Positions 28,315-38,283 of a stretch of DNA of 64,000 nt are shown here, piece by piece (within the stretch, counting starts at the first letter, position 1; each line of letters opens with the position of its first letter). The DNA comes from Nitrospinaceae bacterium (lineage in GTDB: Bacteria; Nitrospinota; Nitrospinia; Nitrospinales; Nitrospinaceae): positions 4,096,001 through 4,160,000 of the forward strand of contig OZ245011.1 in NCBI GenBank assembly GCA_965223665.1, written 5' to 3'. A program made the position numbers and the translations under genes. The notes below the pieces were generated by a model that made no database searches, was not told the origin of the DNA, and saw only the letters and a program-made list of their open reading frames with translations.

Positions 28315-30723
28315 GTGATAATGAAAAGATCAAACCTATTAAAACATTTTATATTTGATCTCTATTGTTATGTAAGGTTGATTGTTTGGGTTTTTATTTT
28401 TAGTAGTGCCCTTCCATTTAATTTTACTCAATCTGTAGGTGCTACCAGTATTCCGCCTACCCCTTTTGGCCCAATTGCCGTTTCTATAAATATTACTTCC
28501 TCTAGTAACACATTTTCTAAACCCGCTGAAACTATGCAACTCACGGTTAACGCCAGCATGTCAGACGGTACCACTGAGGACATTACGAGTTCTGAAAAAG
28601 GAACGGAATATCAATCCGATGATCCCTCTGTTGTTACAGTCGACTCGGAAGGGTTTGTAACTGCCGTGGGTGTGGGTAAAGCGAAAGTGGTTGCCAATAT
28701 CGGTCTGGTTACTGATGAAATTGATATCGAAGTTTTAAATCCTCTCAATGGAGATTGTATTGCCAATGCATTGAACCTTCAAACAACGGTTAAGGAAAAT
28801 GGTACCTTCGCCTTTAATCATCCTATGCCTAATGGAGTTTACCGTGTTCGTGTTGTGTGTGAAAGGGAAACTGGCGTGGAATTTGGTCAATCCGACTATT
28901 TAACACCAACACCTAATGGAGAAACAACGGTTGGGCCGATTACTTTTGGCAATGTGGACTCAATTCCGGTTTCACTTCAATTGACATCAACCTCGACAAG
29001 TTTGACTCCATCGATAACCACCGCTCAGCTTTCCGTAACAGGAACTTTATCTGATAACACGACGGTGGATTTAACGGGATCAGCGACGGGTACGTTTTAC
29101 ACTTCAACCAATCCGGGAATTGCCACGGTTTCTGCTGAAGGGTTGGTGACCGGGGTGACCAGTGGCACGGTTTTTATTACTGCACGCAATGAAGGAGTGG
29201 TGGCGACGATTCAAATCCAGGTTCAGTTATCCGGAGATAGCGATAACGATGGATTACCGGATGATTTTGAAATTGCCAACTCTTTTAATCCCGGAGGAGA
29301 AAATTTATCCCTGTTGGCTGGAACGACTGCCAATGCTAGCACGTTTCAGTTAGGCTCCGAACCGAACCGAGTCCTGGATGGCGATGTGTCCACCAGTTGG
29401 GTGGCGCAAAGTGGAGACACTTCTGAAAGCGGATCGCCGTTTATTGAAGTGGTTCTGCCCTCTGAGCAAAATGTTTCACAAGTGCGCTTGGTGGGGAATC
29501 GCGGAGTTGGAGCTTTTGTGGATTCCATTTTAAAGGGAACGGTGGAAGCGTTTGATGATGCGGATACATCAATCTTTAACTCCGGTGAAGTGACGTTTCC
29601 GGAACCGACACGAGACCTATCGGTACCTATGGATTTGAATGGAGTGAAGCGAATACGGATTACGGTGACCGGTGAGCTTTTTCATCCTGCACTGGCGGAA
29701 TTCCAAATTATCTCTCGTTCTGGCGAAGGACTTGTGCTGGATAAAGACTTGGCGAGTGACGCCAATTTGGATTTTGATGGAGATGGGTTGACCAATTTAG
29801 CGGAATTTAATGCGGGTACCAGTATCTTTCTGGCCGATACCGACGGAGATTTCATAAATGATAATTTAGAGAGCGGTTTAGGCGTGAACTCTTTAATAGC
29901 TGACTCAGATAACGACGGTTTGCTGGATGGACTTGAATTAAACCCTACTCAGGATTTTGATAATGATGGAGTCAATAATATATTAGATCCAGACAGTGAC
30001 AACGATGGACTACCGGATGGAATTGAAGTGGCTTTATTCCTGGACCCATTAAATACAGATTCTGACGGAGACGCACTTCCTGATGGCAGCGAGGACACGG
30101 AAGGAGACGGTCTGCCTAATTCTGAAGAATTGTTGGAAAACACTGATCCTGCAAACTCAGATACAGATAATGACGGTAGTTTGGATGGGGAAGAAGTGGT
30201 CGCCGGGGCCGATGGTAATATCACCGATCCATTGATGGCAGATTCTGATAATGATGGTATGTTGGATGGCTTTGAAAACTTTTATGGGCTTGATCCCAAC
30301 GATCCTGCTGACGCGTCTTTAGATCCGGATAACGACAGTTTAACTAATTTGCAGGAAGCTGCGGTGGCCAGTGATCCTTTCAGTTCAGATGATGGTCCGC
30401 CGATGGTGGTGCAAGTGATTCCGGCGGATAATACAACCAATATATTAAGTGATACTCCCGTAGAGATTCACCTTAGTGAACCCTTATCTCCCGGTTCAGT
30501 GACAGCGAATACCGTAACCATCTTTGCCAATGGATTGGATATTTCCGGGACACCCACACTTTCTCCGGATGGTTTAACGTTAACAACACCCATCAACTTT
30601 CCGGTATTTGTTTCGTTTTACCGTGTTCGGGTTCAAGGAGTTCGAATAATCAATGAATCCGGCAATACGCAAATAGGCCACTTTGAAAGTTCCTATTTCA
30701 CCAGTGCTGATGGAGGGGATTAA
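28315..30723 (+). CDS. Extracellular protein: 2 Big_2-like Ig domains, discoidin (F5/8C)-like domain, ~11 DxDxDG-type Ca-binding repeats, C-terminal Big_5-like domain
   Basis: YxSxxPxVxTV..G.VT twice; ASTF...LDGDVSTSW; DSDNDG repeats; PMVVQVIPADN...LSEPL. Confidence 0.78.
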   Translation: MIMKRSNLLKHFIFDLYCYVRLIVWVFIFSSALPFNFTQSVGATSIPPTPFGPIAVSINITSSSNTFSKPAETMQLTVNASMSDGTTEDITSSEKGTEYQSDDPSVVTVDSEGFVTAVGVGKAKVVANIGLVTDEIDIEVLNPLNGDCIANALNLQTTVKENGTFAFNHPMPNGVYRVRVVCERETGVEFGQSDYLTPTPNGETTVGPITFGNVDSIPVSLQLTSTSTSLTPSITTAQLSVTGTLSDNTTVDLTGSATGTFYTSTNPGIATVSAEGLVTGVTSGTVFITARNEGVVATIQIQVQLSGDSDNDGLPDDFEIANSFNPGGENLSLLAGTTANASTFQLGSEPNRVLDGDVSTSWVAQSGDTSESGSPFIEVVLPSEQNVSQVRLVGNRGVGAFVDSILKGTVEAFDDADTSIFNSGEVTFPEPTRDLSVPMDLNGVKRIRITVTGELFHPALAEFQIISRSGEGLVLDKDLASDANLDFDGDGLTNLAEFNAGTSIFLADTDGDFINDNLESGLGVNSLIADSDNDGLLDGLELNPTQDFDNDGVNNILDPDSDNDGLPDGIEVALFLDPLNTDSDGDALPDGSEDTEGDGLPNSEELLENTDPANSDTDNDGSLDGEEVVAGADGNITDPLMADSDNDGMLDGFENFYGLDPNDPADASLDPDNDSLTNLQEAAVASDPFSSDDGPPMVVQVIPADNTTNILSDTPVEIHLSEPLSPGSVTANTVTIFANGLDISGTPTLSPDGLTLTTPINFPVFVSFYRVRVQGVRIINESGNTQIGHFESSYFTSADGGD

Positions 30724-30901
30724 AAACTTCTCTCAAGATCCCAGCCAACTTCTTTCCTTATTATTAACTTCTAATCAGTAGCTCACTTTATTTGTCAACC
30801 ATTTCTTGGATTGCTTTGCTATTTTTTCTGGCTTCGTAGTAAAATGGCCAAGTATTGCTTTTGGTATTATAAAAACGTCTCCGATTTAATTATGAGACTT
30901 T

Positions 30902-33304
30902 ATGATGATGGCTCCCTTCCTTACTACGACTCAAAAAGATTTAACCTCAGAAACCATTAGAATTCGTGGTTTGGTGCAGGGGGTGGGATTTCGTCCTACC
31001 GTTTGGCGACTTGCTAAAGCACATGGTTTGACGGGCAAGGTTTGGAATGATGGGGAAGGCGTTCAAGTTAAAGCGCGAGGGCCCAGGCAAAATATTGAAG
31101 ATTTTCTTGCTCATTTACTGCGCTCCCTTCCCCCATTAGCTGAAATTGATTCCATAGAAAGATCACCAACAAATGACTCTTTTCCTTTAGACGACTTTTA
31201 CATCGTTGATAGTGAATCAGGAAACACCCAAACTGGTATTGTGGCAGACGCCGCCACTTGTCAGGAGTGCCTTCAAGAAACATTAAATCCTTTTTCACGC
31301 CGCTACCGATATCCATTTACCAACTGCACTCATTGTGGGCCCCGTTTCTCAATAGTTCGATCTATTCCCTATGATCGTGCGAATACCAGTATGTCATCTT
31401 TTGAGATGTGTGATGAGTGTTCGGCTGAGTATTTAAACCCAGAGGATAGGCGGTTCCATGCGCAACCCATTGCTTGTCATTCCTGTGGGCCCAAGGTTTG
31501 GCTCGAGGATTCGAATGGGGATCCCGTTTATTTAGAAAATCAGAATTTTATGGATGATGTGGACATAGCGGGTTCTCTTCTGCAAAATGGAAAAATTCTT
31601 GCTATTAAGGGAATTGGAGGGTTTCACCTTGCCTGTGATGCTACAAATGAAGAGGCGGTGAATCGACTGAGAGAAAAAAAGGGTCGTTACAAAAAGCCGT
31701 TTGCTTTAATGGCTAACAATTTGCAAATGATTGAACGTTACTGTGAGATGAATGAAATTGAGAAATCTCAGTTAGAAGGATTCGCCTCTCCAATTGTTTT
31801 ATTAAAAATTTCCGGAAATGAAAGGTTACCGGAAGCGATTGCGCCAGGTCTTAAAGAAATTGGTTTCATGCTCCCATATACTCCGTTACATCATTTAATA
31901 TTTAAGGATTTGAAAATTCCAATAGTGATGACTTCGGGAAATTTTTCTGAAGAGCCACAATGTATTGATAATGAAGATGCTCGTAAAAGATTAAAGGGAA
32001 TTGTTGATTATTTTCTTATGCATGATCGCGATATTGTCAACCGGGTTGATGATTCTGTTTTGCGGGTGATGAATAAAGTAGTAAAAGTTTTTCGACGAGG
32101 AAGAGGATTAGCCCCTAAATTTATGAAATTACTGGAGGATTTTGAAATGGCTAATTCTATTTTAGCCTTTGGGGGAGAACTAAAAAACACTTTTTGCCTA
32201 ATCCAAAATGGACAGGCTATTCTATCTCAGCATATTGGGGACTTGGAGAACTCTTCTGCATATGAAGACTACTTAAAGAATATTGAACTTTACACCAATC
32301 TATTTGAGCACCGTACAATTGGTCTTGCAATTGATAAACACCCAGAATACCTGTCTACGAAGTGTGGTAGGGACCGTTCTGAAAAAGAGCAACTTCCATT
32401 ATTGCCGGTTCAGCATCACCATGCCCACATTGCTTCTTGTATGGCTGAAAATAGGATTTCATTAAATTCGGATCCGATACTCGGAGTAGCATTGGATGGC
32501 TTAGGTTATGGAGATGAGGATGATCTTTGGGGGGGAGAGTTTTTATTAGCAGATTATTTTGAAATCAAAAGATTAGGTTGTTTTAAACCGATTCCTTTGC
32601 TGGGAGGTTCTCTAGCAATGAAAGAGCCATGGCGGAATACGTTGGCTCATATTATTTCCTGCATAGGTTGGGAAAAATTTTTAATCAACTTTTCGGATTT
32701 GGAAATTACAAAATTTCTTAAGACAAAACCTATTTCCGCATTACAGACCATTTCTGAAAAAAATTTGAATAGTCCATTGGCAAGTTCTGTAGGAAGATTG
32801 TTTGATGCCGTAGCGGCTGCATTAGGAATTTGTCGTGAAAAAGGTTTCTATGAAGGACAAGCAGCCATTGAACTAGAAGCAATGGCTGATGAAACAATTC
32901 TGCTAGACCCGAAAGAATTGGGCTATCAATTTTCTTTAGAAAAAGATTTAGAGAAAGATTTGATGATTATCGATCCGCAATTGATGTGGAAAGAATTATT
33001 TCAGGATCTCAAAAAGAATATTTCAGTCAACTTAATTTCATCCAGATTTCATAAAGGACTGGCACATGCAATTGGGGCTATGATAAAAAGACTAACTTAT
33101 GAAAATAAAGAAAAAACTTTTCATACTGTGGCTCTATCAGGCGGAGTTTTCCAAAATTGTATTCTACTGGAACATGTTACTCAGATCCTTCAAAGGATGA
33201 ATTTAAAAGTATTAACTCATAATTTTGTGCCAGCTAATGATGGTGGAATTTCTCTGGGGCAAGCGGTTGTTGCTGCGGCTCAATTATTGCGGAGGGAACA
33301 ATAA
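30902..33304 (+). CDS. hypF: Carbamoyltransferase HypF
   Basis: GLVQGVGFRP, zinc fingers, RRFHAQP, KGIGGFHL, QHHHAH, PANDGGISLGQ. Confidence 0.97.
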   Translation: MMMAPFLTTTQKDLTSETIRIRGLVQGVGFRPTVWRLAKAHGLTGKVWNDGEGVQVKARGPRQNIEDFLAHLLRSLPPLAEIDSIERSPTNDSFPLDDFYIVDSESGNTQTGIVADAATCQECLQETLNPFSRRYRYPFTNCTHCGPRFSIVRSIPYDRANTSMSSFEMCDECSAEYLNPEDRRFHAQPIACHSCGPKVWLEDSNGDPVYLENQNFMDDVDIAGSLLQNGKILAIKGIGGFHLACDATNEEAVNRLREKKGRYKKPFALMANNLQMIERYCEMNEIEKSQLEGFASPIVLLKISGNERLPEAIAPGLKEIGFMLPYTPLHHLIFKDLKIPIVMTSGNFSEEPQCIDNEDARKRLKGIVDYFLMHDRDIVNRVDDSVLRVMNKVVKVFRRGRGLAPKFMKLLEDFEMANSILAFGGELKNTFCLIQNGQAILSQHIGDLENSSAYEDYLKNIELYTNLFEHRTIGLAIDKHPEYLSTKCGRDRSEKEQLPLLPVQHHHAHIASCMAENRISLNSDPILGVALDGLGYGDEDDLWGGEFLLADYFEIKRLGCFKPIPLLGGSLAMKEPWRNTLAHIISCIGWEKFLINFSDLEITKFLKTKPISALQTISEKNLNSPLASSVGRLFDAVAAALGICREKGFYEGQAAIELEAMADETILLDPKELGYQFSLEKDLEKDLMIIDPQLMWKELFQDLKKNISVNLISSRFHKGLAHAIGAMIKRLTYENKEKTFHTVALSGGVFQNCILLEHVTQILQRMNLKVLTHNFVPANDGGISLGQAVVAAAQLLRREQ

Positions 33305-33306
33305 CA

Positions 33307-33549
33307 ATGTGTTTGGGAATTCCCGGTAGAATCGTTGAAATTGTAAATACTGAAGATAAAACTGCGGTTGTAGAAATTGCAGGTGTAAAACGCGAAATCA
33401 ATATTACTTGTATAGTGGATAAAGAGCATCCTGTTGAGTCTTGTTTAGGGGATTGGGTAATTGTCCATGTGGGATTTGCCATGGGGCGTATAAATGAAAA
33501 GGAAGCGGCCAAAACTCTGGATCTTTTCCGTGAACTAGATAAATTGTAG
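33307..33549 (+). CDS. hypC: Hydrogenase chaperone HypC
   Basis: MCLGIPG, GDWVIVHVGFA. Confidence 0.97.
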   Translation: MCLGIPGRIVEIVNTEDKTAVVEIAGVKREINITCIVDKEHPVESCLGDWVIVHVGFAMGRINEKEAAKTLDLFRELDKL

Positions 33550-33592
33550 GGTGAAATTATAGTTTTAAAACCTTGAAAAAAGAAAATCAGAT

Positions 33593-34720
33593 ATGAAATA
33601 TGCAGATGAGTTTCGTAATCCCGATGACGCCAAAAAATTGTTGGATAAAATTGCTCGTTTTTCCAAGAAGATACAAAGCGAGAAAGATAAACCTTTATAT
33701 TTGATGGAAGTTTGTGGAGGTCATACTCATACTATTTTTCGATACGGATTAAAAAATTTATTACCGGATGAGATTGAATTAATTCATGGTCCCGGGTGTC
33801 CGGTATGCGTTTTACCTATGGGAAGGGTTGATGATTGCATTGCTCTAGCGGAACACCCTGAAATAATATTTGCTACCTTTGGTGATGTGATGCGCGTACC
33901 CGGCTCACAAAAAAATCTTTTGCAGGCTAAAGCAGAGGGAGCGGATGTGCGAGTTGTGTATTCTCCTATGGATGCTTTAATACTGGCAAAAAAACATCCC
34001 AATAAGGAGATAGTTTTTTTTGGTTTAGGGTTTGAGACTACTATGCCCAGTTCTGCGTTAACAATTTTGCAGGCAGAGAAGGATAAAGTTAGAAATTTTT
34101 CTATTTTTTGCAACCACATAACAATTGTTCCGACCCTCAAAGCCGTGTTAGATTCTCCTGACTTGCAGTTAGATGGATTTATAGGACCTGGGCATGTGAG
34201 TATGGTCATTGGAACCAAACCTTACCATTTTATTGCTGAACAATATAAAAGACCACTGGTAGTTGCGGGGTTCGAACCCTTAGATATTTTGCAATCTATT
34301 TGGATGTTGCTTCAACAATTTCAAGATGGACGATGTGAAATCGAAAACCAATATCAACGTATTGTTCAGGAAGATGGAAATAAACAAGCATTAGACGCCA
34401 TTGAAAGAGTATTTAAACCCAGAGAATATTTTGAGTGGAGAGGATTAGGTTCGATCGAAAATTCAGGAGTATGTATTAGGGAAGCCTATTCGCACTACGA
34501 TGCAGAACAAAAGTTTTCAATTCCTAATCTAAAGATGGCTGACCCTCAATCTTGTCAGTGTGGGGAAGTATTAAGGGGTATGATTAAGCCAAAAGAATGC
34601 AAAGTTTTCGGTTCTATGTGTACGCCAGAAACCCCATTGGGAGCATTAATGGTTTCAACAGAAGGTGCATGCGCAGCATATTATTCCTATGGTGGAGTGG
34701 ATTTGATTGAAATTGGATGA
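33593..34720 (+). CDS. hypD: Hydrogenase maturation protein HypD
   Basis: EVCGGHTH, GPGCPVC, GFETT, C-terminal Fe-S Cys motif ending MVSTEGAC. Confidence 0.97.
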   Translation: MKYADEFRNPDDAKKLLDKIARFSKKIQSEKDKPLYLMEVCGGHTHTIFRYGLKNLLPDEIELIHGPGCPVCVLPMGRVDDCIALAEHPEIIFATFGDVMRVPGSQKNLLQAKAEGADVRVVYSPMDALILAKKHPNKEIVFFGLGFETTMPSSALTILQAEKDKVRNFSIFCNHITIVPTLKAVLDSPDLQLDGFIGPGHVSMVIGTKPYHFIAEQYKRPLVVAGFEPLDILQSIWMLLQQFQDGRCEIENQYQRIVQEDGNKQALDAIERVFKPREYFEWRGLGSIENSGVCIREAYSHYDAEQKFSIPNLKMADPQSCQCGEVLRGMIKPKECKVFGSMCTPETPLGALMVSTEGACAAYYSYGGVDLIEIG

Positions 34721-35808
34721 TCATGAATTCTAATGTGTCAAGGTTACCTCAGCAGGTTGAGTTAAATGGAAAAAATAAAATTATGCCAAAAAAAACTGTA
34801 ACAATTTCTCACGGGAGTGGTGGTAAAGCAATGCATGACCTGATAGAGAATTGTTTTGTTAAACATTTTGGGAATCCTATTCTTTGTGAAAGGGAAGATC
34901 AGGCAAGAATAGACTTAAAAAAATTAGCAGAACTTGGAAATAGACTCGCCTTCACTACAGATTCTTTTGTTATCGATCCAATATTCTTTCCTGGGGGAGA
35001 TATTGGTATGCTTGCAGTTAATGGAACAGTAAATGATTTAGCGGTGGGAGGAGCGATTCCTTTATATTTAAGTTGTGGATTCATTTTAGAAGAAGGATTG
35101 CCTTTAGAATCTCTCGAATGTGTGGTGAAGTCCATGAAGGAAGCTGCTCAGGATGTAGATATAAAAATTGTAACAGGGGATACAAAAGTAGTACCCAGGG
35201 GAGCGGCAGATAAACTTTTTATTAATACGGCGGGAATTGGGGTAATTCCTCATCCAATTAACATTTCTGCTGCAAGAGCCACCCCTGGAGATAAAGTAAT
35301 AATAAATGGATATATGGGTGACCACGGAGCAGCTATATTACATTCGCGAGAAGAACTTTCCATTGTTTCTTCTATCCAAAGTGACTGCCAACCTTTAAAC
35401 AAATTAGTTCAGAAGATCCTTGAAGTGTGCCCCGATATCCATTGCATGCGAGATGCAACCCGTGGAGGGGTTGCTACAGTACTTAATGAATTTGCTCTAA
35501 GTGCAAAGGTTGGTATTGTTTTAGAAGAAGAAAATATATCTGTTAGAAACGAAGTTAGAGCTATTTGCGAAATTCTTGGATTGGATCCATTATATTTAGC
35601 GAATGAAGGAATTTTAATTGCTATTGTTCCTGATTCTTATTCGCAGATAGTTTTAGAACGTATGAAGTCATTGCCTGAAGGGCGACATGCTTCTGTTATT
35701 GGAGAAATAGTTGAAACACCTGAGGAAAGAGTGATTATGAAAACGAGTTTTGGTGGGGATCGTATCGTTGATATGATGGTTGGAGAACAGCTTCCCAGAA
35801 TTTGTTAG
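34717..35808 (+). CDS. hypE: Carbamoyl dehydratase HypE
   Basis: HGSGG, TTDSFV, GTVNDL, RDATRGG, C-terminal PRIC. Confidence 0.97.
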   Translation: MIMNSNVSRLPQQVELNGKNKIMPKKTVTISHGSGGKAMHDLIENCFVKHFGNPILCEREDQARIDLKKLAELGNRLAFTTDSFVIDPIFFPGGDIGMLAVNGTVNDLAVGGAIPLYLSCGFILEEGLPLESLECVVKSMKEAAQDVDIKIVTGDTKVVPRGAADKLFINTAGIGVIPHPINISAARATPGDKVIINGYMGDHGAAILHSREELSIVSSIQSDCQPLNKLVQKILEVCPDIHCMRDATRGGVATVLNEFALSAKVGIVLEEENISVRNEVRAICEILGLDPLYLANEGILIAIVPDSYSQIVLERMKSLPEGRHASVIGEIVETPEERVIMKTSFGGDRIVDMMVGEQLPRIC

Positions 35809-35823
35809 AAATGGAACCAGGAT

Positions 35824-36153
35824 ATGCATGAATTAAGTATTACCAGAAATATCGTTTCCATTGCCCGTGAACATGCAAAGGGAATTCCCGTGAAGCGGGT
35901 TACCTTGGAAATAGGCAAACTATCTTTGGTGATTCCAGATTCAATTCGATTTTGTTTTGATGTGTATTCCAAAGATACGGAATTAGCTGGGGCATTTTTG
36001 GAAATTATTGAAAAGCCGGGTTTGTTTCGTTGTTTAAACTGTTTGAAGGAAAGTGAGTTCGATAATTTTTTTAAAAGCTGCTCTTGTGGATCCAATGATT
36101 TAGTTTGTATTGCGGGAGAAGAATTAAAAATTAAAGAAATGGAGTTTGCCTGA
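35824..36153 (+). CDS. hypA: Nickel metallochaperone HypA
   Basis: MHELS, CLNC...CSCG, GEEL. Confidence 0.95.
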   Translation: MHELSITRNIVSIAREHAKGIPVKRVTLEIGKLSLVIPDSIRFCFDVYSKDTELAGAFLEIIEKPGLFRCLNCLKESEFDNFFKSCSCGSNDLVCIAGEELKIKEMEFA

Positions 36154-36983
36154 TGTGTACTACATGTGGATGTGATCAAGGTGCTACCCCATCTGTGACA
36201 AATTTGAATTTAGAAAAAGTTGCTTCTGAGAGCCAAGTCCATGACCACTCTCGCCCGCACACCCATTTGCACGAAGTGAATCACGAACATAATCACAATC
36301 ATTCCCATAAAATTAATCAGGGCCACTCGCCAGTTCTTTTGCTTGAAAAAGAAATTTTGGAAAAAAATAATCTATTAGCTGCCCGAAATCGTGGATGGTT
36401 TGATGGGAGAAATATACTTGCTTTGAATCTGATGAGTTCACCTGGGGCAGGAAAAACGACATTACTGGAACGGACCATAAAAGATTTAAAAAACAAAATT
36501 CCCATTCATGTAATTGAAGGCGACCAAGAGACGGCTCAGGATGCTGAACGGATTCGAGCTACTGGATCCAAGGTTGTTCAGATTAATACAGGGACGGGTT
36601 GTCATTTAGAAGCAGAAATAATAGCCAAAGGGTTGAAGGAATTACAGCCTCCCCTAAATTCTGTATTGATGATTGAAAATGTTGGAAACCTTGTATGTCC
36701 GGCATTGTTTGATTTGGGCGAGCGGGCGAAGATTCTCATTCTTTCTGTAACTGAAGGTGAGGATAAACCTATAAAATATCCACACATGTTTAAAGCTTCA
36801 GATGTAATGCTAATAAGTAAAACTGATCTCTTAGAGCATGTCGATTTTAGTGTGGATCAATGTATTAGATATGCTCGAAAGGTGAACCCAGAAATTAAAG
36901 TGTTTCAGGTTTCTGCTAAAACAGGTCATGGGCTGAAGGATTGGTACAATTGGTTAATAACAGAATTCAATTTACATAAATGA
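36153..36983 (+). CDS. hypB: Nickel incorporation GTPase HypB with His-rich N-terminus
   Basis: MCTTCGC, His-rich linker, SSPGAGKTT, GCHL, ENVGNLVCP, KPIKYP. Confidence 0.97.
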   Translation: MCTTCGCDQGATPSVTNLNLEKVASESQVHDHSRPHTHLHEVNHEHNHNHSHKINQGHSPVLLLEKEILEKNNLLAARNRGWFDGRNILALNLMSSPGAGKTTLLERTIKDLKNKIPIHVIEGDQETAQDAERIRATGSKVVQINTGTGCHLEAEIIAKGLKELQPPLNSVLMIENVGNLVCPALFDLGERAKILILSVTEGEDKPIKYPHMFKASDVMLISKTDLLEHVDFSVDQCIRYARKVNPEIKVFQVSAKTGHGLKDWYNWLITEFNLHK

Positions 36984-37255
36984 TGGCTAAGCTTTTATTG
37001 AGATAAAAATGAGTATTTCTTGTAAAGGAAATTATCGCTAATTTTCTTGGCAACCAACAGTTAGGCTTCCTTGAATATCCCCAAAAAATTAGAGCTTTTT
37101 TAGGTATAAAGGTTTATATTGAAGAAGGATAAAGGTTTTATTCGCCATTCATTTTAAGTAATGCGTATAATTTATAAATGCCAATTTAGAAATTATTTTC
37201 TTCTCTATGATTTTTTCTTTTCTTGGTTCATCTTAGAAATTTAATGGTTTTAAAT

Positions 37256-38239
37256 ATGTGGTTAGGTGTGACTTTATTCATATTGTTTGCATTTAGTTTG
37301 GGTTCTATTGCATATGTATATAAATGGCGAGGAATAACCCGCTATGATAAGTTTGGTGAATATATTAGAAAAGGTTGGCCAATATTTTCTCCCCTTAATT
37401 GCCTTTTGTATATTTTTACTCAACCCAGAGCCAGGAAGTCCATAATTAATTTAGAAGATTTCAAAGATTTGGATCCTCTGAAGAATAATTGGCGAACCAT
37501 AAAGGAGGAGGTAATTGGTTTGCATAACGAGCAATATTTTGAGCAAACCAAGAAACCAGATTCAAAAGCTTGCTATGATATTGGATTTCGAACTTTTTTT
37601 AAATACGGATGGAGCAAGTTTTACTTGAAATGGTATGGGTATACACATGACTCTGCTAAAAAACTTTGCCCTAAAACATTAGAGATTCTCGAAAAAATTC
37701 CTTCAATTAATGGAGCAATGTTTTCTGTTCTGCCAGCAGGTTCTAAATTGACAAGACATTTGGATCCTGTAGCTTGTTCCTTAAGGTATCACTTGGGATT
37801 GGTGACTCCTAACTCAGATGATTGTTTTATCAATGTGGATGGTTCTAATTATTCGTGGAGGGATGGAGAGGGATTTTTATTTGATGAAACCTACGTTCAT
37901 TATGCTAGAAATGACACCAAAGATTTAAGGTTAATTTTGATGTGTGATGTGGACCGGCCCACAAACTGGTTTGGTAGAATCATTAATTCGATTATTAAAA
38001 TATTAATGAGGCTGACCATTGTCCCAAATGTTGATGGGGATAAGTGCGGTTTTGTAAATAAATTGTTTTCAGGATTGGGACCAATACTTCAAAAAACCCA
38101 AGCCTTAAAGCAGACCAATAAAAAACTATACTTAATGATAAAGTACACCGTTAATTTCTCTTTGTTTATTTTTGCTTTTGGAATCATTGTTGGGTTGTTA
38201 AGTTTAGCTAAACAATTAACCTTGGTTGCATTTTCCTGA
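37256..38239 (+). CDS. lpxO: Fe/2-oxoglutarate Asp/Asn beta-hydroxylase family protein, LpxO-like lipid A hydroxylase (start uncertain, 37223-37256)
   Basis: DIGFRTFFKYGW..FYLKWY, HLD, LRYHLGL, FDETYVH; N- and C-terminal TM helices. Confidence 0.75.
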   Translation: MWLGVTLFILFAFSLGSIAYVYKWRGITRYDKFGEYIRKGWPIFSPLNCLLYIFTQPRARKSIINLEDFKDLDPLKNNWRTIKEEVIGLHNEQYFEQTKKPDSKACYDIGFRTFFKYGWSKFYLKWYGYTHDSAKKLCPKTLEILEKIPSINGAMFSVLPAGSKLTRHLDPVACSLRYHLGLVTPNSDDCFINVDGSNYSWRDGEGFLFDETYVHYARNDTKDLRLILMCDVDRPTNWFGRIINSIIKILMRLTIVPNVDGDKCGFVNKLFSGLGPILQKTQALKQTNKKLYLMIKYTVNFSLFIFAFGIIVGLLSLAKQLTLVAFS

Positions 38240-38283
38240 GAGAAATAATGTGTGGAAAAGTGGGTAATTAAAATAATAGGTTT

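Noticed and set aside
29760-30340. Periodic DNA resembling a CRISPR or tandem array
   Set aside because: The periodicity is explained by degenerate DxDxDG protein repeats within a CDS.
30845-30858. Sigma54 promoter upstream of hypF (TGGCCAAGTATTGC)
   Set aside because: GG-to-GC spacing is 9 nt; sigma54 requires 10.
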